49,159 nt of DNA from the NCBI RefSeq assembly GCF_006345805.1, contig NW_021834365.1, positions 1 through 49,159 of the forward strand, given 5' to 3'. The notes beneath the pieces are model-generated. The model was given only the letters and a program-made list of their open reading frames with translations, searched no databases and had not been told where the DNA came from. This document shows, piece by piece, positions 36,166-49,159 of this stretch. The position numbers were made by a program, and so were the translations under genes. Within the stretch, counting starts at the first letter, position 1. Every line of letters starts with the position of its first letter. The stretch is from Octopus sinensis. Lineage: Eukaryota.

Positions 36166-37334
36166 ATGTGCACATTACAGTACTGCACGGCAGCGCATTG
36201 CTCAACCAGTCTTGAAGTCCACGCTGCCATACATATAATGTTAACCATTCTTGCATTAATTTTAAAGGCTGTGAGAGAAAATAAATTCTGATTCTTTCCT
36301 CTGACCATGATTTCTTCTCTGTAAAGGATTCATTCGAGGACTTTGTTCGAGGAATGTTTAGATATTTCACCTAGATGCAAAAATTCCAAGTTATCAACCG
36401 ACCTGCAAGAAGTCTTAAGAGCAACATCAGTACGAGTAGCCGCACAAGTACCCACCCCGCCCCAGCTGCTGATGTAGCAAAACCTTCCTCAATCGCACCT
36501 TATCGTCTTAAAAATGAAACGGCATAGTCATAGATGCATAAAAGGACCTTCCCCCCCTTTTTAGCTGCTTCTGGATTTCCCTTCGCGATTCAAGTGGGCG
36601 TTTCCTGTTTTTGTTTCTGCCGTAAACTGATTTGTGTTCAATGTTTGTCTTTCTCCCCCAGTGTTGGAGGGGGAGGCGAAATTTGTTGACTTTGCATTTT
36701 TCGCCGGGAAGACATTGAAATGTTTTTCTTTTAAACGTGTCGTATTCGGTTGTAGTAGATGAAAGGGGTCCCCCACAATGGGATTTACATAGGGCAGAAT
36801 AAACAAAGCACCCACTCTAGAAAGAAAAATAAATTCATTTGAAATCGGGAAATTACAGCTTTTCAGAAATGTCATGACTGACTACGTTTTGAGTATTAAA
36901 AATGAGCTGGATACTAACGTGAAATAGTACAATGACGTCGAAGATAGAAGCTTCGTCAACATTAACAGCAACAAGAGCAAGAGAATTAGCAAATAGACAA
37001 ACAAATGAATCAACATTATTTGTCAACATCGCTGTGTGCTGAGAGGACGGAAAGGGAAACGCAATGAGTAAGGTACATTACAGAAAATAATGCGTCTTTG
37101 CCCGATGAGATGGTGGAGCAGCGGAACAAAAGGATAGTAACGTTACGTTGCCTTTCACTAAAATATACCTAAAACAGTTGGAAAGTGATCCAGAAGAAGC
37201 TTTTAGGAAGGACTTCGCAGCCGAAATTTTAGCATTGAAAATGTCACTTGAACCCTATTTTTTTTACGCTAAACACTAAGGTAGTATTGTTTGTAGTAAG
37301 GCACCAGAACATTAAAACCGGTTTAACTAATTAC

Positions 37335-37470
37335 CGAATCGATCGGTCAGTCAGTAAATCAGTTAGGCTCGTCAGAGTCCTTTCGTCGTCATTCTCGACC
37401 TCAGAAGGCATGTCACTGATGAGACTGCGAATGGTGATGAAAGGACTCTGGTGAACAGAGCTGTTTGACT
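37335..37470. repeat. Palindrome carrying two decayed head-to-head hammerhead motifs
   Basis: cagagtcctttcgtcgtcattc vs gaatggtgatgaaaggactctg; CTGATGA at 37416-37422. Confidence 0.55.
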
Positions 37471-37574
37471 GATTGACCGAATGATTCCTTTAAAAATCGA
37501 TTAGTTAATCAGTTAAATTATTAAGCAGTTATCTAACAATAACAACAACGGCAACAACAACAACAACAACAACA

Positions 37575-37636
<62 letters not shown>

Positions 37637-38112
37637 AGCAACAACGATGATGATAACAAAAGAACTGAAATAGAATCAGTGCATGTGTATATTATTGGCA
37701 TAACGACCCTCCAAACGTACAACAAAATCTGTTTCAACACACACAGAAGTCCACACCAACAATCTTGAAAACAAAATACAAAACCCAAATCCTCTAGCCC
37801 TTTTCCGCTTGTATCCAACCCAACTTTCGTCTTCTTCTACTTCCCTCCTCACAACACATCACTGATTACTTGTTTGAACCCCATCTCGTCCGCACTCTTC
37901 TGTTCTACTATTCACAACATATTACAATCTGTCTAAATTCCACTCACAACTTAAATTACCCACTTTACCCCTACATCAGCTTTAACAGAAAAGTAGCACT
38001 CGCACTTTTTTTACAATCGATTTCACAACCTGAAGAGGCTGAAGGCTGACGAAACTTCAAAATAACCGTCAAACACTGAGTTTTTTTTTGTACGAATATA
38101 TATTATAATTTT

Positions 38113-38250
38113 TATATACATTTATTGAGTGCTTTTTTTCAATAAAATGTTTTATTATGTGAAGTTATATATATATGTATATATATATATATATATATAA
38201 AACTTCACATAATAAAAACATTACATTGAAAAAAGCACTCAATAAATGTT

Positions 38251-38255
<5 letters not shown>
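38113..38255. repeat. Inverted repeat (arms about 54 bp) around a (TA)n loop
   Basis: catttattgagtgcttttttt...gtgaagtt vs aacttcac...aaaaaagcactcaataaatg. Confidence 0.75.
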
Positions 38256-38310
<55 letters not shown>

Positions 38311-39163
38311 TGTATATATATATATATAAATAATATATATATATGTATGTATGTATGTATGTTGTATGTATGCATGTATGTATATATGTGTGTATTTAAA
38401 CAACACACACAACACATTGGTTTATAATGTGAATCAGTTTTGCTTTGTAGGTGTTCAAAAGTTCTAGTCACATGGCGATTGTAGTGATAATGGTTCGCTT
38501 TGTGTGAGGAATATTTATTGTGGGAAGAAGTTTTTGTAAACACATTCTTTTCTCTCTCTCTCTCTTTCTTTCTTTCTCTCTCTCTCTTTTCTTTCCTTTC
38601 TTTCTTTGTCTCTCTCTCTCTCTTTCTTTCTTTGTCTCTCTCTTTCTTTCTTTGTCTCTCTCTCTTTCTTTCTTTGTCTCTCTCTCTCTCTCTCTGAGGT
38701 GTACATGCATACATAGACATTATCACACGTACTCTCGGTTTCCATAATTATTTCTTTCTTTCTGACCTCCCCCCCCACCACCACATACAAAGCAAGCATT
38801 TGATATGAATGTATACTCTAAGGCGGCAAACTGGCAGAAACGCTAGCACGCCGGACGAAATGCTTAACGGCATTTCGTCCGTCTTTGCGTTCTGGGTTCA
38901 AATTCCGCCGTGGTCGACTTTGCCTTTCATCATTTCGGAGTCGATAAATCAAGTACCAGTTGCATACTAGGGTCGATCTAATCGACTGACCCCCTTCCCC
39001 CAAAATTTCGGGCCTTGTGAAAAGTAGAAAAGAATCTTTAGCGCGTCGAACAAAATGCTGAGCGGCATTTCCGAAGCAGTTGACTTCGCCTTTCATCCTT
39101 TCGGAGCCGATAAAATAAGTACCCACCCGAGGACCGGAAAGGAATTTTAAATATATATATATT

Positions 39164-39251
<88 letters not shown>

Positions 39252-39260
39252 GTATATATA

Positions 39261-39298
<38 letters not shown>

Positions 39299-40770
39299 GG
39301 ATATATGTATATGATATATAGATATATATATATATATATATATTATATATAATATATATATATATGTATATATATGTATATATATGATATAGGGGTGTGT
39401 GTGTGTGTATGGTTCATTACTGCTTATGTGTGTGCATATATACTTGTGTATTCCTTGTGTATATTCTTTTTTATTCTTTTGTTTTTAGTTGTTTCAGTGA
39501 TTTGACTGCAACCATGCTGGAGCACCGCCTTCAGTCGAGCAAATTGTCCCCAGGACTTTAATGCAATTACAATAGGTGTAAAAATATATTTCATGAAACT
39601 CAAAACTATGAAATTATATATTAAAAAAGCATCTTTACTTAACACAGACCTGATGGAAGGAGGATTTTGTGTGAGCGCTTTCATTGTCGAAAGCGCTCTT
39701 TCCTTGATATACATGGAAATACACACACACAATACTTGCAGATATATACATACATACGCACAATGTATAAAAACAAATAAAGAATCAAATATATGTACAC
39801 ATACACATACATATGTATGTATGTATATATATATATACAATAGTGATTCGATTTTCGGTCTGGCACCATGCCTTGTAGAATCGACATTAAATGCAAATGT
39901 CTATAACCTGGGCAGCCTCTGGAACGCGTGCAAACTGTAGAGGGACTGTGTTGGTAACAATAATAATAGCAAATCCACAGTATTGTACTGGGAACTACAT
40001 TGAGGGTACACGTGTCTGTGGAGTGCTCAGCCACTTGCACATTAATTTCACGAACAGGCTGTTCCGTTGATCGGATTAACCGGAACCCTCGTCGTCGTAA
40101 GCGACAGAGTGCCAGTTTTTTTCTTTTACTATGTATATATACAACGGGCTTCGACACCGTTTCCATTTACACAATTCACTCACAAGGCATTGGTCGGCCT
40201 GGGGAAATAGCAGAAGGCACTTGTCTAAACTGCTGCGCAGTGGAACTGAACCTAAAACCCACGTGGTTGCAGAGCCAGAATCAATAAAATAAAGTTCCAG
40301 AGAAATAATATGGTCGGTGGTAGCGAATCATGCGATTCGAAGTGTTTTGGTCGGTATTTATAAGAAAGCAGATGTTGGCTCGAAATGACAAGTGATGTCT
40401 TGTCTGATCATGAGAATCAGGTTAGGGACAGGATTATGTCACCTGGAGCCCACCAGAAAATAATTGTATATATGCATATATATATGTAAATCCACTTCCG
40501 GTCACTTCAGCAACGTAGCCATACACGTGCTTTTCCTGGACTCTTTTTTCTTTCTCCAGACCTTTCTTTTCTCCTCTTTCTGAGGAAGAGGTGTGTATGA
40601 AACATTAAAAAAAATTACTCTTTTTTTCCACCTTTACGAAGCGCCGAGCTAATACATTCCGTTTTATACCCTTTTGTTTTGTTATTTGTCTTTTCTATTG
40701 TTCGACTTGACTATACATACATACATACATACATACATGCATGCATGCAATACATACATACATACATACA

Positions 40771-40803
<33 letters not shown>

Positions 40804-40905
40804 GTGACTCGAGTGACTCGACCAAAATAAAAATGTCATTAGTCTTTTTTTTCCGACAGTCAACATTAAACTTCTCCCCCTCTCTTTCTTTGCATATAAA
40901 TATAA

Positions 40906-40973
<68 letters not shown>

Positions 40974-40996
40974 ATATTATATATATATATATATAT

Positions 40997-41218
40997 ATCT
41001 GTAATATTATATGTGACAATTAGACAATTATTGGGTTGCCATAATAAAACTCTGAGTTTCGGATGTCGGGGCGGAAATCTGCTCTGGCATATCGTCAGTT
41101 ATTACGACAAACGGTTATTAAAAACTGACGAGATGCCGGAGCAGGTTTCCGCCCCGACATCCGAAACTCGGAGTTTTATTATGGCAACCGAATAATTGTC
41201 ACATATTATATTACAGAT
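40997..41218. mobile_element. Near-perfect palindrome (arms about 100 bp) with a hammerhead motif on each strand
   Basis: Arms at 40997-41100 and 41123-41218; CTGACGA at 41125-41131 (+) and 41092-41098 (-). Confidence 0.75.
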
Positions 41219-41302
41219 AAATTCCTCTATTTACATAATATCGAGGTCTCATTCATTCTTTTATTTTCATACTATTAACACACACACACACACACACACA
41301 TA

Positions 41303-41340
<38 letters not shown>

Positions 41341-41968
41341 ACATATATATATATTGTGTGTGTGTGTGTGTAGGGATGGGAATATGAAATCCGATGCAGG
41401 TACCTTTTCAGTACTCTAGTATAATTAAAAGTTCTGGTTAACCACATGGAATGGTATGGAACTACGGGAAATTGTATGAGGTAAACAATCACGCGGTATT
41501 TCATCCGATGGGTAAATCCTGAGTTCAGAAGGAGGGTTTAACGTTTCGAGCGGAGCTCTTCGTCGGAAACATAGGAGAAGGAAAGATCCAGAGAAGGGAA
41601 GACAAAGGAAAAAAATTGCCAACGGTACACACGAGGTCACATACATATATATGTATATACTTTTTCTTTTTATTTAAGCTGCAAGAACATCACAAAAAAA
41701 AAAAACAGTTCATTGGGCAGTTGTGATCAGGAACGGAATAAAATTTCATTCCATTCTTGATCACAATTCCCCGACGAGACGAACGGGAACGTGAAACTCT
41801 GAGTAGTAGTTTTTTTGTGTGTGTAATGTTCTTGCAGCTTTAATAAAAAAAGAAGAAGCTTACAACTCTACTTCCGGTATTCGAGCCCTATTTTTCCCAT
41901 CTTCTTTTGCATTTATGTGCTTACTCGCGTATGTGTGTGTATATATGTATATATATATATATATATAT

Positions 41969-42034
<66 letters not shown>

Positions 42035-42207
42035 AGTATATATAAAATACAAAATCGGACAAGAGCGCAGAACATCCGGCAGTTAGGTGATACAAAAAGG
42101 GACAACAAAACATCCAGATAGACGATACAAAGAAAACAAGGACGGGTCATTCGGAGTTTTCTTTCCTCAGTCGAGTTCCAGATTATCTTTGCATTTTCGG
42201 TTGGTTA

Positions 42208-42239
<32 letters not shown>

Positions 42240-42979
42240 CAGTCACCATGATAGATCGTTAGCCACTACACACATTTTTTTCTCTCCTTGTTTTTTCTGT
42301 GTCCCTTTCTGTAGAAGAACATAGGCTCGAAACGTAAAAGACTCTTTCTATTCCTGAGCGTTATACTAATACATCTGTTTGTTTTGTACACCACCTGTCT
42401 TCGTCTTTTGCTTTTTTTTTTCGTAAACTGTCACAATATATATATATATATATGGGTTCAGTGATATCGATTAACCACTCTTTTCTTAAGATTACCGGTC
42501 CTGTTGTTTTCGCGATATCCTAAATTTTATCTCCAGAAAAAGACTATAGACAAAAATCTGTAAGCAACGGGAAGAGAAATAATGGCTATTGTCGATTGTT
42601 AAGGCATTCCATTAAACATGGCAGATTCATTATTGCTTAAATGTTATCATATATATGTATGATACATTCATATCTATCATTATTTTTATATGTATTATAT
42701 TATCGACATATCGACATATCAACAATCCATTTTGTTTTTTTTTTCCATTTAGTTTATATTACGATCAAATCAGATATCAGTCATCGATGCAATTTATGAT
42801 AGATTGGAAATTTTGAACACACATTAAAATCATAAGCCTTTACATGAGACATTGTCAAATTTATGTTTAATATGTTGTATAATTCTTCCCTAATTTCGAT
42901 CCTACGAGTTGTTCTGTTTATGTTCCTGAAAAATTACTACCAAACCAATATGGTATCAAAGATTCCTAAACGAAAATAA

Positions 42980-43120
42980 CATGTATGTATGTATGTATGT
43001 ATGTATGTATGTATGTATGTATGTTGTATGTATGTCTGTATGTATGTATGTATGTATGTATGTATGTATGTATGTATGTATCTATGTATGTAGTATGTAT
43101 TATGTATGTGTGTGTGTATG

Positions 43121-43154
<34 letters not shown>

Positions 43155-43843
43155 TGTATGTATGTGTTGAGTGTGTGTATGTATGTATGATGTAAGTATG
43201 TGTGTATGTATGTGTATGTATGTATGTATGTATGTATGTATGTATGTATGTGTATGTATGTATGTATGTATGTATGTATCCTTGAATGTTTGTATGTGTG
43301 CATGCATATATGTATGTATGTATGTATACATTTATGTGTGTGTGTGTATGTATGTATGTATGTATGTATGTATGCATGTATATATGTATGTGTGTGTGTA
43401 TGTATGTATGTATGTATGTACGTATGTATGTATAAATATATGTGTGTGTGTATGTCGATTGAAATCTCACCGATATCTTTAATGTGGATGGAAATTAGGT
43501 CTGATTTCTATCTAAAGATTTGATCCGTTTGTATTGAAGAAAATCGAAGGAATAAAAAATGGATTTGATCGGATATATTTTCTCATGATTAAGTTTCAGG
43601 CAATTCTTAATTAGTAATGCGAATCACACACAGACACACACAGACATGCGTATATAATAGTATAGATATATATAGATATATATATATATAGTGTGTATAA
43701 TATATATATATGATATATACATACATATATATAAATATATCGTATATATATATAGTGTATGTATATATATATATATATTATATATATAGTATATATATAT
43801 ACATACTACATACATACAGCATATATATATATACACGCACATT

Positions 43844-43874
<31 letters not shown>

Positions 43875-44017
43875 GTATATATATATATATCTATATATAT
43901 ATATATAATGCACATAATATATACATACTTACATACATACATGCATACAAACATACATGCATACATACATACATACATACATATATACATATAATATTTA
44001 TAAACATATTTATAAAC

Positions 44018-44061
<44 letters not shown>

Positions 44062-44070
44062 ACTATATAA
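42980..44070. repeat. Long (TATG)n and (TA)n arrays
   Basis: Visible directly. Similar arrays at 31030-31390, 38240-38695, 39150-39390, 46230-46470 and 47220-47630. Confidence 0.95.
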
Positions 44071-44400
44071 TCTGTTTTTAAGAGTTCGGTCCCAGATTTG
44101 CATCCCTCGCGTTCGGTACACTGTATTCATTATGGTAGTTTTAAACTTTAAGAGTCCCTCATAGCGTGAAGCATTTGCGTGTAGTAATGCCCTGAATTAT
44201 ATATCTAATATATATATATATAATATATATAATATATATATATATATATATGTACATAAACCTGTATATATCGTTTACCTTTTACTTGTTTCAGTCGTGA
44301 AAGAAATCAAGAAATCGATCTCAGTACTTATCTTTTTGATGTTTGATACTTACACAAAAATAGTATATGTGTGTGTGTGTGTGGGGTGGTGCGCCTGTAA

Positions 44401-44438
<38 letters not shown>

Positions 44439-44448
44439 TATATATCAT

Positions 44449-44481
<33 letters not shown>

Positions 44482-45529
44482 TTATATATTATATATACTA
44501 GAACATTTGTTATATGTGTCTTTTTATGTGTGTATATGTTTAGTAATACCGATGAAGAATATACATCGCACCCATTTCACCCCTGCAACAAACAGACTGA
44601 AATTTGCATATATCCCCACACAAAACCGCCACAACCAATAAATCCAAGATGGCCACCACAGACGCCCTTCCTAATTTCACACTAATCTTATTGTTCCTTG
44701 TGAAATTTTGTAACAGAAATTTTCTACCTGAACGATCTTTCCAAGTGTAATCTAGCAATATGCATGGCGGTTACGGAAATACATCTCCCAACGAAAATAA
44801 CAGAGGCCGAACTACTTATAGCAATGTATGTCTTCGCATTCGTATAAAAACGTAAAGAAAAACGAAGCTTATATTGGGTTGCTTGCGTTGATGTCACATA
44901 CTTATATCTGTTGTCGCAGCGGAATGAGTTTTGCATCACACAAATACTACACATAAAGCTACTCGATATAGTTATAGGTCCAGGTTGTTTACTGAATGCT
45001 TCAGAGCATTATATAAAACTTGAAAGCATTCTCAGAATGATAGATGAGGTACAATCGAAGGTCAATCGACATGTTTAGCAAACATCTTTTGGAGGAATTT
45101 TACTTTCCCAACGGTAAAAAGGACGTAGGATCAAATTCTCACAGAAATGTCAAAGACCACCAGAATCTCTTCTGGTTCTCAGTAAATGTCTGTTTATTTT
45201 ATTGTTTATTTATAAATTAGCATAGTAGATTAGTGCATACATTTACGTATGTGCGCTTTTAGTTGCTCGCCATTTACTAAATGTTATTTATTCTAAGCAC
45301 AATACTAGAATAAATTTAAATATATTATATTATAGAGCTTCGCTGCCAGTTAAATAAAAATAAATAAGAACGCAAACAAATACCATCTGTGGTATTGGTG
45401 AATGGAGAACTGAGAAATTGTCATTAGTTTACTTCTCAGAGCGTTCGGTCTTGCTTGCTCTGTGAGAACGGACAGAAACCTGTGGTCAGATGTCTCACAG
45501 GGCCTCTGTCCGCCATTTGTAAGCTTTGG

Positions 45530-45930
45530 TACTTGGATGTTAGCTTATCATGGAAGACACTCAACACCACCTAAGCACAACTCTCAAAATCCTAACTGTC
45601 CCCAACAGAGCAGTTTTTGGCGCCTGCTCTGCCCTCAATGAAATGGGGGTAACAGTTACTCTCCTCATAGTCTACATTCTTGCAATTTCGTCTCTTAGTC
45701 GTCTGTATTTTTCTGTCTTTTCCAGCTTTTTCATATACATCCCCAGGTATGGCAATATTCATGATCTTGGTTTCCCTTTTTTCTTTTATTACAACAATGT
45801 CTGGCCTCTGAGCATCAATTAGGGAGTCACATTGGATTGTAAAATCCCATATATTCATTGTTCTCAGTGACATCCTCTGATTCATGTTTGTACAATTTCC
45901 GTACTCTGCTCAAGCCATAATTTCCAAACC
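45530..45930 (-). mobile_element. R4/Dong-like non-LTR retrotransposon RLE domain remnant
   Basis: IWDFTIQCDSLIDAQRPDIVVIKEKRETKIMNIAIPGD, with frameshifts. Confidence 0.75.
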
Positions 45931-46240
45931 GTACGTAATGCCCCCCCCCCCAGCTCCTATGTGACCGGGCAGTGGACCAATCGTAAAGATCATGAAGTCA
46001 TGGATATTTTGTCTATCTAATATTCCAGACATGGTCTACATAGAACCTCATTATCCAATGGTTTTGAAAACTTCGTTGCTTTTACTGAAAGATCGAACGA
46101 ATATATATATATATATTTAGACATAGGCATACAGACATGCATACATATATCGTAGAAATAAGTTATTTGGTTCGAACCAGTCAGCACACACCTTGTTTTT
46201 ACGCAAGATGATTAGCTCATTACTGTTCTATCACACACAC

Positions 46241-46298
<58 letters not shown>

Positions 46299-46318
46299 AT
46301 CTATATATATATAATATA

Positions 46319-46355
<37 letters not shown>

Positions 46356-46874
46356 ATACATACATATATAAACGCATGCATGCATACATACATACATACT
46401 TACATGCTTACATACACATACACACACACACACGTACATACATATATATTTGTGTGTGTGTGTGTGGTGTTTGTGGAAATCGATTTCTTTTGAAGAGTCT
46501 ACACTCGAAACGTAAAAGACTTTTCCTTTTGTTTTACCTGGGTGTAAACCTAATAAATACACACTCTATTTACACACACACACAGACACATATACACACA
46601 CGCACACATAATGATAATAATATAAGGAGGTTGCGTGGAGTTATATTAAATATGTTAATATATATATATATGTATAAGAATATATATTTATAATATATAT
46701 GCATATATACTTATATATATGTTTTACAAGATAAGGGCAAAAGAAAAATTCTAATGCCAAATATGCCGAAAAAAGGACAAGAATTGTCAATATCCCGAAA
46801 AAATTTTATCCTACATTAGTTATAAATTGAATAGTGTTTACATATACATATATAAGTATATTTGTATATATATA

Positions 46875-47095
46875 CTAGCAGTATCGCCTGGCGTTGCTCG
46901 GGTTTGTAAGGGAAATAACTATATAAGCATTTTTAGAGATGTAAAGTATAATAGCCATCTCAATATGGCTAACCACAAAAGGGGAGGGGTTACTGAAGCT
47001 TTTTACGTTCTGAGATTTAATAATAAATTTTTAGAGAGTTACTTCCCTTATATATGCAAAAAATGCATTAAAAATGGGAAAAATTGATGGTAAAT
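46875..47095 (-). mobile_element. Helitron 3' portion (same family as 19241-19638)
   Basis: actagcagtatcgcctggcgttgctcgggtttg end; truncated by a microsatellite. Confidence 0.75.
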
Positions 47096-47215
47096 ATATA
47101 TATATATGTATGTATGTATGTATGAGCCAAAACAAACGGAACAAACGTAAAATGCAAATATAGAATGTCGCTAAATCAACTTCAGTTATCATCCAAGGGA
47201 TCGCAGCAATTTCAC

Positions 47216-47265
<50 letters not shown>

Positions 47266-47566
47266 TACATATATACATACATATATACATACATACATAC
47301 ATACATACACACACACATATACATACATATATACATAGATACGTACATACATACATACACATACATACATACACACACACATATACATACATATATGCAT
47401 ACGCACACATACATACATACATATATACATACATACGTACATACATACATACATGCATACATACATACATATATACATACATACATTACTTCTATATATC
47501 TGTCTTTCTGTCTTGTGTCTGGTATGTACCTATATATGTATGCATGTATATATAGATATATATATA

Positions 47567-47609
<43 letters not shown>

Positions 47610-48752
47610 ATACTATATATGTATGTATATCCCATGTGCATACGAAAATATTGATTGATCCTTGAATTTAGTGTTGGCTTCTATATTACCTAACCTTCAA
47701 CTACGATAGTGGTTGAATATATTCTTAAGTCCACCATTTTGTCAATCGCAGCAGCCTCTGCTAAATTGCAAACTGTTAACAGTTTTAAAGAGGACACCTC
47801 TCGGCTACACTTTGGCATAAATAGATTTAGATTTGGTTCAGTAGAAAAATAGTTACATCAAGATATCTGCGACCTCAAGGCGGAGGGAAGTATGGCACCT
47901 ATTCACCTTCAATTAACACAAACTTTTTAATTTTAAAATAAAAGTATACTTTTCTTGGGCTTAAATGAAAAAGAATGTTTGAGGAATTCAGAGTCGTTAG
48001 TCGCATTGAATAAAAATTAGTAGAAGAAAAGTTATGGGGTGAAATGCCACGAAATTTCGTGTAAGAGAGTAAGGAAGTAACCCTTATCAATAAGAATATT
48101 ACAGAATATATATTGCTAAAATGAATGTTGATGTTATAAGTCTGCGAGCAGGCAGAAGCGTTAACGCGCCGGGCGAACTGCTTAACGTTATTTCACCTGT
48201 GTTTATGTTCTGAGTTCAAATTCTACCGAGGTCAACTTTGCTTTTTATCCATTTCGGATCTATTCAATTTGACGTACAGATTATTTAATTAATTTTTTTT
48301 AAACTATACACTTTGAATCTTCCGATACTGGTACGATGTATCACATACAACAAGGTTTACTCTTAACGTTTTTGACAAAATTTTGTATTTTAGAAGTTAT
48401 TTCGTCACAAGTTACAGAGTGACAATGGACAAATTCGTGTTTGATAAGTGCCAATACACGAAACTCTCAGTTTTTGACTTACTCTCCAACTTCTGCCCAT
48501 GATATATATGCATATTATACATATATATGTCTAAAAGAATCTCATCACGCAATCAAACCAATGAAAGAGCCTCTACTTGCTCACTTGACACGCTAAAAAT
48601 AGCAGTCAATGTATCCCCCTACCCAGTATTTTATAAGGTAAAATCCTAAATTATTAATTGACACATTATTAATTATCTTATAACATCAATGCCTGAAAAA
48701 TCATGGATTACATGAAAAATGCAGCATGAAAAGTAATATCTTAAGATTATAA

Positions 48753-49157
48753 ACCTGGAAAAATACAGGACAAATTATTACACCTGGAAAAGTATAGGAC
48801 AAACTATTATTACTTCAAGTAAAGTAAAGAATAAGAAACTTTTTACTTAAAATATTGCAGCTAAAATAAAAATTTGAATATTAAAACTTATTTTATTGAT
48901 TACAAATAACACTATCACTTATTCAAGTAAGATTTCGCTAATTTACTGCCTTAAATACTGCCTAAATCAGAAAAAAGTACTAATTAGACAAACTTACAAA
49001 TAACTGAACAGTTTTGTACATAAATTTAAAAGATGAGAACTGTAAAGAGTAATAAATTAGAAGAACTGGCATTCTTTGCTGCAATATTTTAAGTAAAAAG
49101 TTTCTTATTCTTTACTTTACTTGAAGTAATAGTTTGTCGTATATTTTACAGGTGTAA
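48753..49157. mobile_element. Foldback element with inverted arms of about 85 bp and tandem subterminal units, probably running off the window
   Basis: 48777-48861 is the reverse complement of 49078-49157; acctggaaaa..ggacaaa..attac occurs twice. Confidence 0.7.
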
Positions 49158-49159
49158 GA

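Noticed and set aside
36561-36875. 104-aa minus-strand ORF as a coding exon
   Set aside because: No recognisable domain and no phase-compatible donor, although an acceptor-like site exists near 36818.
44540-44760. Signal-peptide-like ORFs and a YY1-like motif
   Set aside because: No in-frame ATG plus donor combination links it to either gene.
47700-48100. LINE endonuclease remnant
   Set aside because: Too decayed to support beyond a vague resemblance.

Overview
AT-rich, microsatellite-dense eukaryotic genomic DNA. The SINE/LINE families look like those of Octopus; this is inferred from repeat sequence recognition only. Two convergent multi-exon genes were reconstructed by hand from splice sites, and most of their exons are absent from the ORF track. 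(1) Plus strand: the last seven coding exons (1087-12363) of a divergent Parkin-like RBR E3 ligase. All six intron positions and phases match human PRKN exons 6-12 and the catalytic C/H/E residues are intact, but the regulatory residues equivalent to K211 and W403 are replaced. (2) Minus strand: a single-pass receptor (six exons, 27053 to 18853) with a 10-Cys SUEL/rhamnose-lectin-like domain, a modular Thr-rich stalk, a TM helix and an S/P-rich tail; its first exon is unresolved. The rest is SINEs, decayed RTE/CR1/CRE/R4 LINE fragments, non-autonomous Helitrons, a HINE, a mariner MITE, foldback elements and simple repeats. The most unusual signal is a concentration of type I hammerhead-ribozyme motifs in several unrelated non-autonomous elements. 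These include a 359-bp foldback element whose hairpin apex is a hammerhead core (sense strand, in a Parkin intron), a 417-bp retrozyme-like 1.25-mer, two head-to-head double-hammerhead palindromes, and a six-copy family showing stem covariation. Ribozyme activity is inferred, not shown.
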